A model generated the notes under the pieces. It saw nothing but the letters and a program-made list of their open reading frames with translations. It did no database searches and had not been told where the DNA came from. This document shows, one piece after another, positions 9,190-20,066 of a DNA stretch of 64,000 bases. The stretch lies in IMG/VR virus record IMGVR_UViG_3300002091_000031, positions 973 through 64,972 of that record; one strand, 5' to 3'. This stretch comes from a virus. Numbering within the stretch: position 1 is the first letter of the stretch; every line of letters starts with the position of its first letter. Both the position numbers and the translations under genes were made by a program.

Positions 9190-11166
9190 ATGGATTTATC
9201 GACAAAAATTTTATCGGATGTCACCGTGCATATGAAATATGCTAAGTATATCCCAGAACTAAACAGACGTGAGACGTGGGAAGAGTTAGTAACTAGAAAT
9301 AAAGAAATGCACCAAAAGAAGTATCCTCAAATTGTTGAGGAAATTGAAAAGGCGTATGAACTAGTTTATAATAAAAAAGTATTACCCTCAATGAGGTCAT
9401 TACAATTCGGTGGTAAACCAATCGAAATTTCACCTAATAGAATATATAACTGTGCCTATCTTCCAATTGATGATTATAGAGCTTTCGGTGAAACAATGTT
9501 TCTTTTATTAGGCGGTACTGGTGTTGGTTTCTCAGTACAAAAACATCATGTTGAAGAATTACCAGAAATCAGAAAACCAAACCCTAATAGAAGTAGACGT
9601 TTTTTAGTAAGTGACTCTATAGAAGGATGGGCAGATGCTATCAAGACGCTTATGAAAGCTTATTTTGAAGGTCTTTCAACACCTGATTTTGATTTCTCTG
9701 ATATTAGACAAAAGGGCGCATTATTGGTTACTAGCGGTGGACGTGCGCCAGGTCCTCAACCATTAAAAGACTGTATTCACAATATTAAAAAAATATTGGA
9801 TGCTAAACAAGACACAACAAAATTAACACCAATTGAAGTACATGATATTATTTGCTTTATTGCTGATGCCGTTTTAACTGGTGGTATCCGTAGGGCAGCA
9901 TTAATTTCTTTATTCTCAATTGATGACGAAGAAATGCTTTCTGCTAAATCTGGTGCTTGGTGGGAACTAAACCCACAAAGAGGTCGTGCAAATAATTCAG
10001 CAGTTATACTTAGACATAAGATAACTCAGGATACGTTTTTAAAGCTTTGGAAAAAGATTGAAGATAGTAATGCTGGTGAACCAGGTGTGTATTTCTCTAA
10101 CGATAAAGATTGGGGTACTAATCCATGTTGCGAAATAGGTCTTAGACCATATCAATTCTGTAATCTTTGTGAAGTCAATGTATCGGATATTGAATCCCAA
10201 GAAGATTTAGATGCTAGATGTAAAGCGGCATCATTAATAGGTACACTTCAAGCTGGTTATACTAACTTCCATTATCTTCGTGACGTATGGAAAAGAACAA
10301 CCGAGAAGGATGCATTAATTGGTGTTGGTATGACAGGTATTGGTTCAGGTGTTGTACTAGATTATGACCTTAAAGCTGCGGCTAAGGTTGTTAAGTTAGA
10401 AAATGCTAGAGTTGCTAAATTAATCGGTATTAATAAAGCTGCTAGAACAACAACAGTTAAACCATCAGGTACGAGTTCATTAGTTTTAGGTACCGCTTCT
10501 GGTATTCACGCATGGCACAATGATTATTATATCAGACGTATCCGTGTCGGTAAAAACGAAGCAATCTATACTTACTTATTAATGTTCCACCCAGAACTTG
10601 TTGAAGATGAATATTTCAAACCAAAGGAACAAGCGGTAATTTCATTACCAGTTAAAGCTCCAGAAGGTTCAATATTTAGATTTGAATCACCAATGCAATT
10701 ATTAGATAGAGTTTCTAAGTTGAATATTGATTGGGTTAGAGAAGGTCACAGAGATGGTCAAAATACACACAACGTATCAGTAACAGTATCAATCAAAAAA
10801 GAAATTGAAAAGGTTAATAAGTTAGATGAAAATGGTGAAGTAATTCTTGACTCAAATTCTATGCCAATCTTAGAAGATAAGAAAGACGAAACTGGTTTAT
10901 TAGTATACAAATTAAATGAGTGGCCAGCAGTTGGTAATTGGATGTGGGAGAATAGAGAAAACTTTAACGGTATTTCAGTATTACCTTATGATGGTGGAAG
11001 TTATATCCAAGCTCCTTTTGAAGATTGTAGTAAAGAGAGATATGAAAATATGATGAAAAGCCTTAATGATATTGATTTAACTAAGGTAGTTGAATTAATT
11101 GATAACACTAATTTAAGTGGCGAGGTCGCATGTGGCGCAGGTGGTTGTGAGATAACAACTGTTTAG
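9190..11166 (+). CDS. nrdJ: Class II (adenosylcobalamin-dependent) ribonucleotide reductase, monomeric type
   Basis: YNCAY, GGIRRAALI, TNPCCEI finger loop, TVKPSGT, C-terminal CGAGGC; no nrdB or nrdG neighbour. Confidence 0.92.
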   Translation: MDLSTKILSDVTVHMKYAKYIPELNRRETWEELVTRNKEMHQKKYPQIVEEIEKAYELVYNKKVLPSMRSLQFGGKPIEISPNRIYNCAYLPIDDYRAFGETMFLLLGGTGVGFSVQKHHVEELPEIRKPNPNRSRRFLVSDSIEGWADAIKTLMKAYFEGLSTPDFDFSDIRQKGALLVTSGGRAPGPQPLKDCIHNIKKILDAKQDTTKLTPIEVHDIICFIADAVLTGGIRRAALISLFSIDDEEMLSAKSGAWWELNPQRGRANNSAVILRHKITQDTFLKLWKKIEDSNAGEPGVYFSNDKDWGTNPCCEIGLRPYQFCNLCEVNVSDIESQEDLDARCKAASLIGTLQAGYTNFHYLRDVWKRTTEKDALIGVGMTGIGSGVVLDYDLKAAAKVVKLENARVAKLIGINKAARTTTVKPSGTSSLVLGTASGIHAWHNDYYIRRIRVGKNEAIYTYLLMFHPELVEDEYFKPKEQAVISLPVKAPEGSIFRFESPMQLLDRVSKLNIDWVREGHRDGQNTHNVSVTVSIKKEIEKVNKLDENGEVILDSNSMPILEDKKDETGLLVYKLNEWPAVGNWMWENRENFNGISVLPYDGGSYIQAPFEDCSKERYENMMKSLNDIDLTKVVELIDNTNLSGEVACGAGGCEITTV

Positions 11167-11242
11167 TATGAAACATGATAATTTAGTTCAGAACATAATA
11201 AATTCAATTTATTATCCTATAAAAACCAATAGATAAATTAAA

Positions 11243-11268
11243 GCACCCCAAGTGGGTGCTTTTTTTTT
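11243..11268 (+). terminator. Intrinsic terminator ending the replication block
   Basis: GCACCC-CAAGT-GGGTGC followed by a T9 run. Confidence 0.85.
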
Positions 11269-11317
11269 GTTTACTTATAAAAAACTATTCTTATCATATT
11301 TATCAAGAAAAGTATTT

Positions 11318-11704
11318 ATGGCAAGTAATAAGTATATAAACATAGATTTCCCCTTTAAAGATAGCCCACAAGGTTTCCTATTAAATCTTAATTCAGATAC
11401 CCAAAGAGCGGTAAAAGCTGACCTTATGCATCTATTATTAACTAGGAAAGGGCAACGTTTATACAATCCTAACTTTGGTACCGATTTAATTAAGTTCATT
11501 TTTGAACCAAACGATAGGATTACATTGGATAATCTTAAAAGTGAGATTAGCGCAAGCGTTAAAAAGTATCTTCCAAATTTACAAATCAATACATTAGATA
11601 TAAATCAATCACCAAATAATCAATATTTGGCGACTGTTACATTAACCTATACGATTACTGAAGGTGTATTCGCTATGGATGACTTAGTTATAATAAACAT
11701 TTAA
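11318..11704 (+). CDS. Baseplate wedge protein, gp25/GPW-like
   Basis: LLLTRKGQRLYNPNFGT...IFEP signature; start moved to ATG 11318 behind TATTTAT boxes. Confidence 0.85.
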   Translation: MASNKYINIDFPFKDSPQGFLLNLNSDTQRAVKADLMHLLLTRKGQRLYNPNFGTDLIKFIFEPNDRITLDNLKSEISASVKKYLPNLQINTLDINQSPNNQYLATVTLTYTITEGVFAMDDLVIINI

Positions 11705-11705
11705 A

Positions 11706-13529
11706 ATGGCACAAAACACACAAAGAGTTAGTTACACAAGTAGAAATTTCGCTGATATAAGGACCGATTTGGTTAACATGGTTAAACAATATTATCCAGA
11801 TATATTCAATGATTTTAATGATGCATCCGTTGGTATGATGTTATTAGAATTGAATGCTGCGGTAGGTGACATGTTGTCATTTAATACTGACAGAATGTTC
11901 CAAGAAGCACAATTAGATTATGCTCAGCAAAGAAGTTCAGTATTATCAATGGCTCGAACATTTGGTTTAAAGGTACCAAACACTAGACCATCAGCAACTA
12001 TTGTTGATTTCTCAGTAACGATACCAGTATACGGAAATACATTTGATATTTCATACACCCCATTGATTCAAGCTGGTGCTCAGGTTAGCGGCGGCGGTAA
12101 AATATTTGAAACTCAATATGATATTGATTTTTCTTCACCATTCAGTGTTGGTGGTATTCCAAATAGAATTATAATACCTAATTTTGATGCAAATGGTAAC
12201 TTACTAAACTATACAGTAACTAAGCGTGAAATCGTTATTAATGGTTATACTAAAATCTATAAGAGGGTAATTTCAACTTCAGATGTTGTGCCATTCTTAG
12301 AAATTATGTTACCAGATAATAACGTATTATCAATTAATTCAGTAATCACTCTTAACGGTACTAATTTTACTAGTGACCCAACACAACAACAATTTGCTAA
12401 TACTAAAAATAAATGGTATGAAGTTGATGCCTTAGCGGAAGATACATTATTTGTTCCAGATTACAATACTATATCGGATAATCCATCAGTTGTAGCTGGT
12501 AAATACATTACTGTTAACCAAAAATTTATTAGAGAGTATACCGATTTAGGATTCACAAAATTAATATTTGGTGGCGGTAATCAAGATACTAGTTCATTAT
12601 ATAACTTCGGTGTTTCTTCAGCATTAATTAATCAAATTGGAGACTTTATTAATAATTTATCTTTAGGTACAACTCTGTCACCAAGTACAACATTATTTGT
12701 TAGTTATAGAGTTGGCGGTGGTGCCGATACAAATATTGGGCAAGGTATCATTAATGGTGTTGGTCAGATGAACTTCATTATAAATGGTAGTAATCAAACA
12801 ATTAATAATGCTGTTAAGTCATCTTTAAGCGTAAATAACCCTATTCCAGCATTAGGTGGCCGTGACGCTCCTTCAATCAATGAGATAAGGAATTTAGTTA
12901 GATATAACTTCTCAGCTCAAAATAGGGCTGTAACGATTAAAGATTATCAATCAATTATATCACTTATGAATAGTAAGTATGGTGTTCCATTTAAAGTTGG
13001 GGTTGTTGAACATCAAAATAAAATTCAAATCTATATAATGGGTTTAAATTCAAATGGTAATTTAGATAATAGTAGTACTAGTACATTAATAAATAATATT
13101 GCAACATACTTATCGGACTATAGAATGATGAATGATTATGTTGAGGTATCAAATGCTAAAATTGTTAATTTACAATTCCAGATTGATGTCTATGCTGATA
13201 AATCATATCCACATTCACAAATTGTTGGTCAGATTGTTAACGATGTTAGAAGCTTTATGGATGTTAATAATTTCGATATGGGTGAAAATATTTATTTAGC
13301 TAATTTGAGTCAAACGGTTAACTCTGTGCCAGGTGTTGTTAACGTAATTGATTTAAGAGTTTATAACTTAGTCGGTGGTAAATATTCAGTTAATCAAATA
13401 TCACAACCTTATTTAGACCCAACAACAGGCCAGATAGATATTAGCCAAGAATATACCTTATTTGGTGAACCAATGACAATGTTTGAGGTTAAATACCCTA
13501 GTATTGATATTATTGTTCGTGTTAAATAA
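11706..13529 (+). CDS. Baseplate wedge protein, T4 gp6/baseplate J-like
   Basis: DF...DL N-terminus, YRVGGGADTN, GGRDAPS...QNRAVTIKDY motifs; follows gp25. Confidence 0.85.
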   Translation: MAQNTQRVSYTSRNFADIRTDLVNMVKQYYPDIFNDFNDASVGMMLLELNAAVGDMLSFNTDRMFQEAQLDYAQQRSSVLSMARTFGLKVPNTRPSATIVDFSVTIPVYGNTFDISYTPLIQAGAQVSGGGKIFETQYDIDFSSPFSVGGIPNRIIIPNFDANGNLLNYTVTKREIVINGYTKIYKRVISTSDVVPFLEIMLPDNNVLSINSVITLNGTNFTSDPTQQQFANTKNKWYEVDALAEDTLFVPDYNTISDNPSVVAGKYITVNQKFIREYTDLGFTKLIFGGGNQDTSSLYNFGVSSALINQIGDFINNLSLGTTLSPSTTLFVSYRVGGGADTNIGQGIINGVGQMNFIINGSNQTINNAVKSSLSVNNPIPALGGRDAPSINEIRNLVRYNFSAQNRAVTIKDYQSIISLMNSKYGVPFKVGVVEHQNKIQIYIMGLNSNGNLDNSSTSTLINNIATYLSDYRMMNDYVEVSNAKIVNLQFQIDVYADKSYPHSQIVGQIVNDVRSFMDVNNFDMGENIYLANLSQTVNSVPGVVNVIDLRVYNLVGGKYSVNQISQPYLDPTTGQIDISQEYTLFGEPMTMFEVKYPSIDIIVRVK

Positions 13530-13575
13530 AGTTTTCTTTTTGGTTTAGATTAGTATATTAAAAGAAAACAGAATT

Positions 13576-13854
13576 ATGGGATGTAATTGTAAAAATAAGG
13601 GTAATTTAGAAACCCAAGTCATTGAAGATAAATCATTAGGTAAGACAATACTTGATTATATAGTTAGGGTTATATTATTTGTTGTAGCTATTCCGTTTAT
13701 AATACCCATCAGTATTGGTGGGCTTTTCTATGTCCTAGTAATCAGTAAGGGTAATTTAGACGGATTCGGATTAATGAAAGTTGTAACAAAAGTTTTAAAG
13801 ACGGCCTTTAAAGATGATATTGATGATGATGAAATGAAGGAAATAATTTATTAA
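13576..13854 (+). CDS. Small membrane protein with N-terminal MGCNCK
   Basis: One long hydrophobic segment; lies inside the structural operon. Confidence 0.65.
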   Translation: MGCNCKNKGNLETQVIEDKSLGKTILDYIVRVILFVVAIPFIIPISIGGLFYVLVISKGNLDGFGLMKVVTKVLKTAFKDDIDDDEMKEIIY

Positions 13855-13855
13855 A

Positions 13856-16800
13856 ATGGGTGAAACAATTAGAATCAGAACCACACCAAATGGTTCAGAT
13901 AAATATCTTAAGGTAAAAATTGAACAGGACTTTGATTTCATCGAGGTCCTTTCTTTAAATATATCACAACAAAATGCTTATCAAAGTTTTTGTTCTGATT
14001 ATGGTGCTATTGTTGGCCGTGTTATTATTAACTCAGGATTTGGAGTACCAAATGTTAAAGTATCGGTATTTGTCCCATTGGATGATATTGATAGTTCAGA
14101 CCCACATATAAGCGGTTTATATCCATATAAAGCTGTTACAGATGTAAATTCAGACGGTGTTAGGTATAATCTCTTACCTAGCATTTCAGATAGTAATGAC
14201 CCATGTTATACGGCAATCGGTACATTTCCAACCAAACGAGAAATATTGGATAATGACGATATGCTTTATGTCTATAAAAAGTATTATCAATTTACCACAA
14301 CGACTAATTATGCTGGTGATTTTATGCTTTTTGGAGTACCATTAGGTAATCATGTTGTGCATGTTGATATGGATATTTCAAATATTGGAATTGCGTCTCA
14401 AAAACCTTATGATTTAATGGCACAAGGTGCGCCAGCTTCAATGTTTTATAGTACAACAAAGTTTAAATCAAATACAAATATAAATTCTTTACCACAAATT
14501 AAGAGCGCAAACGCATCTGTTAATGTTCAACCATTTTGGGGTGATTTAAACAACTGTCAAGTTGGTATTAACCGATTAGACTTCGATATGAACTATAATA
14601 TTACTCCAGCGGCAATGTTTATGGGTAGTATTTTCGGTGATGGTGGTAAGCATAGTATAGATAAACGTTGTATACCAAGAAGAAAGACTGGTGTAATGTG
14701 TGAACAAGAAACTAGTAGTGGCACAATAGAAATGATACGAAAAACCATTGACAATCAGGTTGAGTCCTTTGATGTTAATGGTGGGCAACTAATAGATAAT
14801 GATGGGGTATGGGCGTACCAAATACCGATGAATTTAGATTATATGGTAACTGATGAATTTGGTCAGTTAATACCATCTTCAGATTCAAATATAGGTATTG
14901 CAACTAGAAGTAGGGTTAGATTTAGAATCGGTATGAATCAAACTGGTGATATTGGCCGTTTAAGAACTAGAGCACATTATTTAGTTCCTAATAATCCAGC
15001 AACGCCAAGTAATATTGATTACTCTTTTGATGAAACGACAAATGATGCTAATTTTACTGACTTACATTGGAACAAAATATATACAGTTAAAAATTTTATA
15101 CCTAAATATAACCCAAGTAATGTATTATTTGGTAAAAACAAATATCTAGGTATTAAAGATGTCGATAAATGCAATAATTTTAATAAATTCCCATATAATA
15201 CCGCAAATACTGAAGGTACAACATTTAATCAAGTAATTTTTACGATAGTTTGTTTATTAAATACCTTTATTGCTATTATATCAAGTTTGTTTAATGCATT
15301 ATTATCAGCAATTGCTAATATTGGATTTAGTGCGCTAGGTATTGATTTTCACCCATTTCGTGGGCTTTGTGATAAAATGATTGGTTTAACTTGTAATGTT
15401 GATGATAATCCTAAGAAATATTATCCAGGTGCTTTTGGTGATTGTTCAGCTGGTAATAATTCAATTCAAGATTTTACTGATTGTATTGCAACCTCATTGG
15501 CCGTCAACTTAGAAATCTACCAAATGGACTTTTATAATGATTGGGTTAATGGCTCACTATACGCATATTTGTTAAAATATAAACAAAAACATAATGGTAC
15601 CGCAAAATATTGTGATGCCGATTGTTATGAAGATAATAATTCATGTATTGAAGGTGAAGTTTCATTTTCATCACCTGATTTAATTAATAATTCTGAGCCA
15701 GATATGTCGCCTAAAGCATCAATTAACGAAGGTTTAATTAGAAAGGTTGACGGAATTTTATATTATTCACCAATGACTAATTTTAGTGGTGGTAAAAAAT
15801 TATTTGCTACTGATATTACTAATTTGGGTGCTGTATTTGAGTGCGATTGGCAAGGTTATCCAAAAATAATTGATTTATTATCACCAACTAGTTATAAATT
15901 ACCTCCAATCGTATATGAAAATACAAGTATTGGTCTTCTAAACTATTTAGAAAGTGGTATATTTTCGCTAGATGATAAAACTGGATTATTTTTTAACGCA
16001 ACATGTGGTGGTGTTAGTAAAAATGCAAATAACGACCTAAATATAAAAAGACAGTGTGAGTTAGGTGTTGATATACCTGAAACAAGCGGCTCAACATTAA
16101 TTACCGAAATTAAAATAGGTGAAATTTATGATACTAGCGACTCACTAGAAGTTACTAATAGTATTCATAAGTATATTCGTGATGCCTACACTTTATTAAA
16201 CGTATTTGGCTCAAGTAATAACATATTCCCAACATCATTAATTCCTACATTATCAGCAACAACTAACGGTACATCCTTTGGTGTTAATGGATTTAGAAAT
16301 AATGGTAGTTTATATCATAAATTTTCAAACTATAATAACTTATCGGGTGGTTCTTACTATACTTATTTTGGTTTAATTGCTGGTAAAACAGCCTATGATA
16401 AATTAATAAATAAGTACTTTACTAAATGTTCTTCAAACATTAACGATAATTTCTCAATAGTTGTTAACACATTCCCATCATCATCTTTAACTGCTAGTGA
16501 CGGTAGTTTTGAATTCTACTTCACTAATGGTACCGCACCATTTACGACAATTATTGAGGGTACAAGTATTAATAATATAATAAGTACTAAACCAAGTCAA
16601 AGTCAAATAGTAAGCAGATTAACGGATGGAACATATAAAATTATTGCAACCGATGCGTTAGGGACTGTTGTTACTAGAAGTGTAAACGTTTCTGGACCAC
16701 AAAGGCTTACGTTATTCTTGGACATTATCAGTCAACCAAGCTCATCAACTAATAAAAATGGTCAACTAAAAATTAGTTATTTAAGCGGTGGTACAATACC

Positions 16801-17521
16801 ATATAATCTTTCGTTTAGTAGTAACGGTGTTGTAACAAACCATACTAATGTATTACAAGGTAATTTATTAACTGGATTTGGTGCTGGAGATTATATTGCA
16901 ACTATTACTGATAGTAGTACAGCTAAACAAACAGAACAATTATCATTCACATTAACACCGCCACCGCCATTAACATTAACTATTAATTCATTTGATAATT
17001 TAACAACTAGTGGATGTACTGCGAATGGTAGTGTATTATCAAATATAACTGGTGGTAACCCACCATATACATTAAATTTAATTGGTAAAAATTATAATAC
17101 GACTGGGCTTTATGGTAATATAACATTTGATAATCTTTTCGGTGGAAATTATATCATGAAAGTTACTGATGCCGCAAATACTTTAGTTCAAGCAAATGTT
17201 ACAATTAAGGGACCAGCACCATTAGAATTCATTGGTACTGCACATACACAAACCACTGGTGGTGGTAAGGCAGGTCCAGCTAAGACATTTAGATATATTT
17301 CAGAACTTGGTTTAGTATCTGGTGGTGTACCAACTGGTACATTTAGAGTTGGTGGTGGTAAAGGTGGCGGTAAACTTTATGATACGTATGACTTCTCACC
17401 AGCACCTTATGCGTTAAATAATGTTGATGGAAATCCAGGTTGGGAAAGTTATCCAACCAGTGGTATAACAATTACAGTAACCGATAAGAACGGTTGTTCA
17501 TTAACTAAAACATTTATATAA
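13856..17521 (+). CDS. Large virion/baseplate protein with a Cys-rich middle and C-terminal SprB-like repeats
   Basis: 1221 aa; repeats of the GGTxPY...G.Y...(V/I)TD..(GC) pattern in the last 350 aa. Confidence 0.7.
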   Translation: MGETIRIRTTPNGSDKYLKVKIEQDFDFIEVLSLNISQQNAYQSFCSDYGAIVGRVIINSGFGVPNVKVSVFVPLDDIDSSDPHISGLYPYKAVTDVNSDGVRYNLLPSISDSNDPCYTAIGTFPTKREILDNDDMLYVYKKYYQFTTTTNYAGDFMLFGVPLGNHVVHVDMDISNIGIASQKPYDLMAQGAPASMFYSTTKFKSNTNINSLPQIKSANASVNVQPFWGDLNNCQVGINRLDFDMNYNITPAAMFMGSIFGDGGKHSIDKRCIPRRKTGVMCEQETSSGTIEMIRKTIDNQVESFDVNGGQLIDNDGVWAYQIPMNLDYMVTDEFGQLIPSSDSNIGIATRSRVRFRIGMNQTGDIGRLRTRAHYLVPNNPATPSNIDYSFDETTNDANFTDLHWNKIYTVKNFIPKYNPSNVLFGKNKYLGIKDVDKCNNFNKFPYNTANTEGTTFNQVIFTIVCLLNTFIAIISSLFNALLSAIANIGFSALGIDFHPFRGLCDKMIGLTCNVDDNPKKYYPGAFGDCSAGNNSIQDFTDCIATSLAVNLEIYQMDFYNDWVNGSLYAYLLKYKQKHNGTAKYCDADCYEDNNSCIEGEVSFSSPDLINNSEPDMSPKASINEGLIRKVDGILYYSPMTNFSGGKKLFATDITNLGAVFECDWQGYPKIIDLLSPTSYKLPPIVYENTSIGLLNYLESGIFSLDDKTGLFFNATCGGVSKNANNDLNIKRQCELGVDIPETSGSTLITEIKIGEIYDTSDSLEVTNSIHKYIRDAYTLLNVFGSSNNIFPTSLIPTLSATTNGTSFGVNGFRNNGSLYHKFSNYNNLSGGSYYTYFGLIAGKTAYDKLINKYFTKCSSNINDNFSIVVNTFPSSSLTASDGSFEFYFTNGTAPFTTIIEGTSINNIISTKPSQSQIVSRLTDGTYKIIATDALGTVVTRSVNVSGPQRLTLFLDIISQPSSSTNKNGQLKISYLSGGTIPYNLSFSSNGVVTNHTNVLQGNLLTGFGAGDYIATITDSSTAKQTEQLSFTLTPPPPLTLTINSFDNLTTSGCTANGSVLSNITGGNPPYTLNLIGKNYNTTGLYGNITFDNLFGGNYIMKVTDAANTLVQANVTIKGPAPLEFIGTAHTQTTGGGKAGPAKTFRYISELGLVSGGVPTGTFRVGGGKGGGKLYDTYDFSPAPYALNNVDGNPGWESYPTSGITITVTDKNGCSLTKTFI

Positions 17522-19197
17522 TGGATAAAAAAATAGTGGAATTATTGGGTAGTAGTTTAAGTAAAACGTCTGTTAATACTGACATTTATACAAATGTTGA
17601 ATTTAGCCAGAGTAATAAACTCTTACCTACAAATGATATAAATCATATTTTAGATGTAAATAAGCAGTTTAATACTGAAAGACAAGCATGTACTACTTAT
17701 AGATTACTTGGTAAAATTAATCCATTAATTAGTAATGTTTTATTTAATATTGACGGACCTTACTCATGGGATATTTTTAATCAACCAATTTTCACTAGTT
17801 TAAAAACACTTAGTGTACCGTTAACATATCCAGAATCTTTATCGGCAAATTTAATTGAGATTGATGGGTGGTATGGTTATTTTTCTGGCCTTACCAGTTT
17901 ATCAATAAACTCAGTTTGTAACTTTAATGATATGGAACCTAAAAGAAGTAGATTTACTTTTACACCAGATACTACAAACAATAATATTGATAATTTTTAT
18001 ACTTTAATAACGTATCCATTTGCTACTGATACAACACACAATTTAATAAATGGTGGTCTATTAATTGTAACCTCTTTAAATGTAACTGTTGGTGGTAAAC
18101 CAATGACAGGTATATATGTTCCAGTTAACCACAATTTATCAGCTAATGATACCGTTAAATTAACAGGTACCGATAATGATGGTGTTTATACTGTTACAAG
18201 AATTGGTTTAGATGATGGTTCACTAAAGAACAATTTCTTCTGTATTGATATTGTTGGGTTAAAAGTTTCAGAAACTAGTAGGATGTCAAAAATTTATAAT
18301 AATGTACCATCAACATATTATTTTAGAAAGTTTACTAAGATGATGACAACATTTAAGACACCTATTCTAACAAGCGATTGTGAAATCTCTAATTTAGGGT
18401 TTTCTGAGACTATATTTACCGATACAGTAACTCAATTTATGTTTACTGAGGATTTAGACGTTAATGGGTTAGTCGACAATTTAGGCCGTCCATTAAGTGA
18501 ATTATATCTAACAACAATAAAAACCGATAGTAACGGTATTTTTTCAAAAATATCATCAGGTTTAGAAGTACCATTTATTGATTTTTTTGAGAACCTTTAT
18601 ACTGGCAGTACATTTTACACAATTCCAATAATTCAAGCTATACATAATGTGTCTGGTGGTACCAAATCATTTATACCATTAGAAAGTAACATATTAAGCT
18701 CAAATTCAAATTTTTATGGTGATGTTGTGGAATATAATATAACAACAATCCAAGAGGTTATTTTGAGCACTGTAAATCACAGATTTAATACGATTAATAG
18801 AGAATCATCGACAGGTACTACTATTGCTGGTGGTCCTAGACCAGAGGGTTATTATTATCAAGCGCACTCATTAATAAAAATTAGAGAATTTGGTAGTTTT
18901 ATACAACAAGGTGACTCAAATACGATTGATATACCTAATTATGCTGAAGCTCTACCAGATGGTAGATTCTTATGGCGAGATTTATTGGATATTGGCTATG
19001 TTGACATCAATCAACCAGTTCTTAACTACCCATTTTTAAATGGTAAACATTATATCTATCAAAACTATGATTTTGTTCTTAAAAGACAAGACCCATTTGA
19101 TTATTGGAAGTTATATTATTCCACTTTTCCAGCTGACCCGTCAGGACAGATAATGAAAGATAACCATAAAATTAATTCAGTAGATATAGTATGCTAA
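17521..19197 (+). CDS. Putative baseplate/tail structural protein
   Basis: Translationally coupled within the structural block; beta-rich composition. Confidence 0.6.
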   Translation: MDKKIVELLGSSLSKTSVNTDIYTNVEFSQSNKLLPTNDINHILDVNKQFNTERQACTTYRLLGKINPLISNVLFNIDGPYSWDIFNQPIFTSLKTLSVPLTYPESLSANLIEIDGWYGYFSGLTSLSINSVCNFNDMEPKRSRFTFTPDTTNNNIDNFYTLITYPFATDTTHNLINGGLLIVTSLNVTVGGKPMTGIYVPVNHNLSANDTVKLTGTDNDGVYTVTRIGLDDGSLKNNFFCIDIVGLKVSETSRMSKIYNNVPSTYYFRKFTKMMTTFKTPILTSDCEISNLGFSETIFTDTVTQFMFTEDLDVNGLVDNLGRPLSELYLTTIKTDSNGIFSKISSGLEVPFIDFFENLYTGSTFYTIPIIQAIHNVSGGTKSFIPLESNILSSNSNFYGDVVEYNITTIQEVILSTVNHRFNTINRESSTGTTIAGGPRPEGYYYQAHSLIKIREFGSFIQQGDSNTIDIPNYAEALPDGRFLWRDLLDIGYVDINQPVLNYPFLNGKHYIYQNYDFVLKRQDPFDYWKLYYSTFPADPSGQIMKDNHKINSVDIVC

Positions 19198-20066
19198 CAT
19201 ATAAAATAAATCCTAGATTATTATTGAGCGGTACAACTGCCAGCACAATTAATATACCAATTAACCTTCAATTTCAACCAGTTGATAATGGTGAGGTTAT
19301 TGAAACAGATTTCGTTGATAACCAAGTAGCTAATTCAATTAATCCTATTTTAGATTATGAAAAAGCAAGAATTAAGCCATGTTTTTATAGTGGTTCAACT
19401 AGTGGTTCAACAAATGGTTCGGCGTTTAATCAAGTCAATACGATTACATACCAGTTATCTTTTTTAAGTGGTAATACAATGGTATCGCCATCGTATTATT
19501 CAGATATTGGTTTCGTTGATAATGATATAGTCTTTGAGAAAAATTTCTTTACCCAAAGTTATCTTTATTTAAGATTTTTTGATAGTGATAATACATTGAA
19601 TCAAAATCTAATAACTGATTTAGAAGTCTATTCAGTATTACACAAGGGTGATTATTTATCAACTAGTAATAATGGTAGTAGTGCTGGCTATCCTAAATCA
19701 GCTTCTCAGATTCCAGTAAGAATGATATTATCAAATCCTTTAAGAAATTCTGGATTTTTTGAGGGCTATCATATTTATGATTATAAGGATAACTATGTAG
19801 TTAATGTTCCGAACTATCTATATATGAGGGCTAGTTATATAAATGCTAAGACAGGTTCCGTCACTAATCTTATCACATCAAATCAAGCCTATAAAATAGA
19901 TAACATGGTTAATTATTTGTTTACTCGTTATAAGCTTTACAAAAACCAATATGGTTTTTATTATGAGTTAGATACAACGTATTCAAATAATATAACAGCA
20001 ACAACAGACATAACGACAAGATTACCTAACATAACAGTTAATTTATATCAAATACAAACTTTATAA
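19191..20066 (+). CDS. Putative structural protein
   Basis: Overlap-coupled within the structural block. Confidence 0.6.
   Translation: MLTYKINPRLLLSGTTASTINIPINLQFQPVDNGEVIETDFVDNQVANSINPILDYEKARIKPCFYSGSTSGSTNGSAFNQVNTITYQLSFLSGNTMVSPSYYSDIGFVDNDIVFEKNFFTQSYLYLRFFDSDNTLNQNLITDLEVYSVLHKGDYLSTSNNGSSAGYPKSASQIPVRMILSNPLRNSGFFEGYHIYDYKDNYVVNVPNYLYMRASYINAKTGSVTNLITSNQAYKIDNMVNYLFTRYKLYKNQYGFYYELDTTYSNNITATTDITTRLPNITVNLYQIQTL

Noticed and set aside
10798-10917. Intein in the RNR
   Set aside because: Too short and lacks the N-terminal C/S and C-terminal HN-(C/S/T) splice motifs.
11252-11317. Track start sites at 11252 (also 2256, 37750, 38021, 40490, 36835, 61496)
   Set aside because: These extensions overlap terminators, promoters or upstream genes; downstream ATGs with A-rich context were used instead.
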